From an uncultured cyanobacterium (GTDB lineage: Bacteria > Cyanobacteriota > Cyanobacteriia > Cyanobacteriales > CAWCAG01), in assembly GCA_963803805.1 (NCBI GenBank), contig CAWDOD010000010.1, positions 517,516 through 581,515 on the forward strand: a DNA stretch of 64,000 nucleotides, written 5' to 3'. Position numbers and translations under genes: made by a program. The notes beneath the pieces are model-generated. The model was not told where the DNA came from. It searched no databases and saw nothing but the letters and a program-made list of their open reading frames with translations. Shown in pieces: positions 61,719 to 64,000 of the stretch. Numbering within the stretch: the first letter of the stretch is position 1; every line of letters starts with the position of its first letter.

Positions 61719-61930
61719 TTTTGTAGAGTTCAAGGAGCAAGTTAGCATAATCAGCGCCTGAAGCATTTTGCCTTGGGCGCTTAATTTTTGTTAACTTTGA
61801 TCTGAAATTTGGATAATTGACCTCAAAGAGATTCTATGACTGGGGATCAAAGCAGTTTAAGCAAGCTGGCTTATGATAATTTTTAGATTTTCTTAATTCA
61901 ATTCCCATGCCTTTATCTATATAATCTTCA

Positions 61931-63004
61931 ATGAAATCTCCTAGATCCTTACCTTTCTGGACGAAAGTAGGATTAGCCTTCCCGGTATTATTTCTCAACG
62001 GCTGGCTATTTGTGATTGTTGTGGAATATTTTCGGTCGCTGATTACCGTTGGCATAATCGCAACTTTACTAGCTTTTGTTTTAAGCTACTTTGTCGAATG
62101 GCTAACCAGATTGAGAATGAAGCGCGATCGCGCAGTTTGGGCTACCATTGCTTTAACCTTAATTTTACTAGGAATTGCTGCTGTTACCATTGTTCCTTTG
62201 ATTATTGAGCAACTCAACCAGTTAGTAGAGAGATTGCCTAGTTGGATTGAATCAGGAACACAACAACTGCAAACCCTTAATCAGCAGGCAGCTAGCCGTA
62301 AGCTACCCATAGATTTTACCGGCATCTCTACCCATCTACGGGAAAAGCTGGCAGAACAATTACAGTCTTTAACCGGAGAGATTCTCAGTTTTGTTTTAGG
62401 GACTGTAGATAGCTTGGTTAACTTACTCCTCACTATGGTTTTAACCTTTTACCTCCTGTTGCATGGAGATGAACTTTGGGAAGGTATTTGGCAATGGCTA
62501 CCTCGATCCTGGAATTTAGAAGTACGTCCTTTGCTACGGCAGAATTTTCGTAACTATTATCTGGGGCAAGCCTCTTTAGCCGGATTGATTGGCATTTCTA
62601 TTTCTTTGGCTTTTTTAGTTCTAAAAGTTCCTTTTGGTTTATTATTCGGCTTAGGAGTTGGTATCCTCGCCTTGTTTCCCTTTGGGGCTTTTTTAGGAAT
62701 TTGTTTAGTGAGTTTGTTGGTAGCCCTTACTAGCTTTTGGTTAGGGGTTAGAGTCTTAATCGTCGCCATAATTATTGAACAAATTATGGAAAATGTCATT
62801 GCCCCACGGTTGTTAGGGGGATTCACTGGGCTTAATCCTGTATGGATTTTAGTTGCTTTGTTGATTGGTGCAAAAATTGGTGGTCTTGTGGGACTGTTAA
62901 TTGCAGTACCAATGGCGGGTTTTATTAAAAGCACAGCAACTGTTTGGCAAAGAGAAAGAAGAACCCACTCCGTAGGAGAAAAAGTTGACCTTGAGCAAGC
63001 ATAA
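61931..63004 (+). CDS. AI-2E family transporter
   Basis: P.W, FYLL..G, IEQ..EN...PR.LG...GLNP, G..G.L.AVP motifs. Confidence 0.88.
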   Translation: MKSPRSLPFWTKVGLAFPVLFLNGWLFVIVVEYFRSLITVGIIATLLAFVLSYFVEWLTRLRMKRDRAVWATIALTLILLGIAAVTIVPLIIEQLNQLVERLPSWIESGTQQLQTLNQQAASRKLPIDFTGISTHLREKLAEQLQSLTGEILSFVLGTVDSLVNLLLTMVLTFYLLLHGDELWEGIWQWLPRSWNLEVRPLLRQNFRNYYLGQASLAGLIGISISLAFLVLKVPFGLLFGLGVGILALFPFGAFLGICLVSLLVALTSFWLGVRVLIVAIIIEQIMENVIAPRLLGGFTGLNPVWILVALLIGAKIGGLVGLLIAVPMAGFIKSTATVWQRERRTHSVGEKVDLEQA

Positions 63005-63946
63005 ATCAAAAGCAAGAAAATTTCTACTTTTAGCGATCGCAAGCTTAGTAGTTACCCTTCTTGTAGCAGGGGCAATTTACTGGTATATCTATATTGCAGG
63101 TGCGCCCCAGTTAGATCCTCCCCAAGAAACTACCAAAAACACTGGGATGCAATTTGAGGTAGAAACTTACTATAGCAAAGGGATGGAGGAACAGAGAAAG
63201 TACGGCTTAATCTTACCTCCCGACTACAAACCCAATTCATCACAGCGTTATCCTGTCATCTTTCTGTTGCATGGTGGCCCCGGTGATGAACGAGATTGGG
63301 CTAAAAAGGGGGCTGCAATCACCATCATTTATCAACTTTATCAACAGGATAAACTCCCCCATGCCATTGTCATCACCCCTGATGGTAACGATAAAAGAGG
63401 CTCTGCCCCTTTCCGAGATCCTCAATATTATGACGGCCCCAATGGCAAAGTTAGTACCATGTTAGGGAGTGACTTAGTTGAGGTGATCAAGTCACGGTAT
63501 CGTACCCTCGATTCTCCCAAATTTTGGGCTATGGGAGGCTTATCATCAGGGGGTTGGGGTTCATTAAATATCGGTTTGCGCCACTTAGATAATTTCAATG
63601 TTCTCTTCAGCCACAGCAGCTACTTCACAGACGAAAGTGGGCCTCAAAACAGTCCTCAAGATTTTGTTTCCCAAATACCTGTTCAGGAGCGCAACAGTTA
63701 AGAATTTACTTAGATGCAGGGGCCGATGATAAAAAATATCTTGCTTCTACCCGTAAGTTTCATGAAACCCTTAACCAATTAGGGATTGCCAATGTCTTCT
63801 ACATTTTCCCAGGAGGACATGGTATTAACGGGGCTAATGTGGGTTGGAATTATTGGAATAAGCATTTGGTAGATTCTCTTTCCTATGTTGGCAAGAATTT
63901 TAAAATCGCACTTTCCCAAAAACCTTCTTCAAAGCAGCAAAATTGA
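62985..63946 (+). CDS. Putative esterase (alpha/beta fold, membrane-anchored); 1-bp frameshift near 63693
   Basis: LPP.Y, YPV.FLLHG, GLSSGG nucleophile; the alternative frame continues QLRIYLDAG...FPGGHG...WNYW.KH to TGA at 63944-63946. Confidence 0.85.
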
Positions 63947-64000
63947 ACTAGATAATGATCTATTATTAGTTGATGCAATTGCTAATCTAAATATCCAAGC

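Noticed and set aside
62557..63042. 161-aa minus-strand ORF
   Set aside because: Antisense to the AI-2E transporter, with composition typical of a shadow frame

Overview
This is a 64 kb chromosomal window from a cyanobacterium: HIP1 GCGATCGC sites are frequent and apcABC, psaL-psaI, sbtAB, ycf51 and psb32 are present. It is probably non-heterocystous. Most of it is core or housekeeping genes (ispE, rsmA, mazG, groESL with CIRCE and K-box, hemL, ftsW, sepF-proC, gpsA, purK with downstream 6S RNA, tRNA-Val) plus signalling genes (Ser/Thr kinase, hybrid His kinase with a REC-GGDEF partner). Accessory elements: (i) an orphan 4-repeat type I-D-like CRISPR array with leader and no cas genes; (ii) a HicB-like/VapC toxin-antitoxin pair between rsmA and ispE, whose toxin has an in-frame stop and which is preceded by a sequence resembling a degenerate CRISPR repeat; (iii) a decaying 3 kb island between groES and hemL; (iv) several MITE-like elements carrying 7-mer tandem repeats, one present twice and supplying stop codons; (v) a candidate NsiR1-like sRNA; (vi) two promoters sharing an 11-bp-periodic direct-repeat box. 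Single-base frameshifts in hemL, an Hsp70-like gene and an esterase suggest assembly indel errors. All product calls come from motif recognition by eye; no database searches were run.
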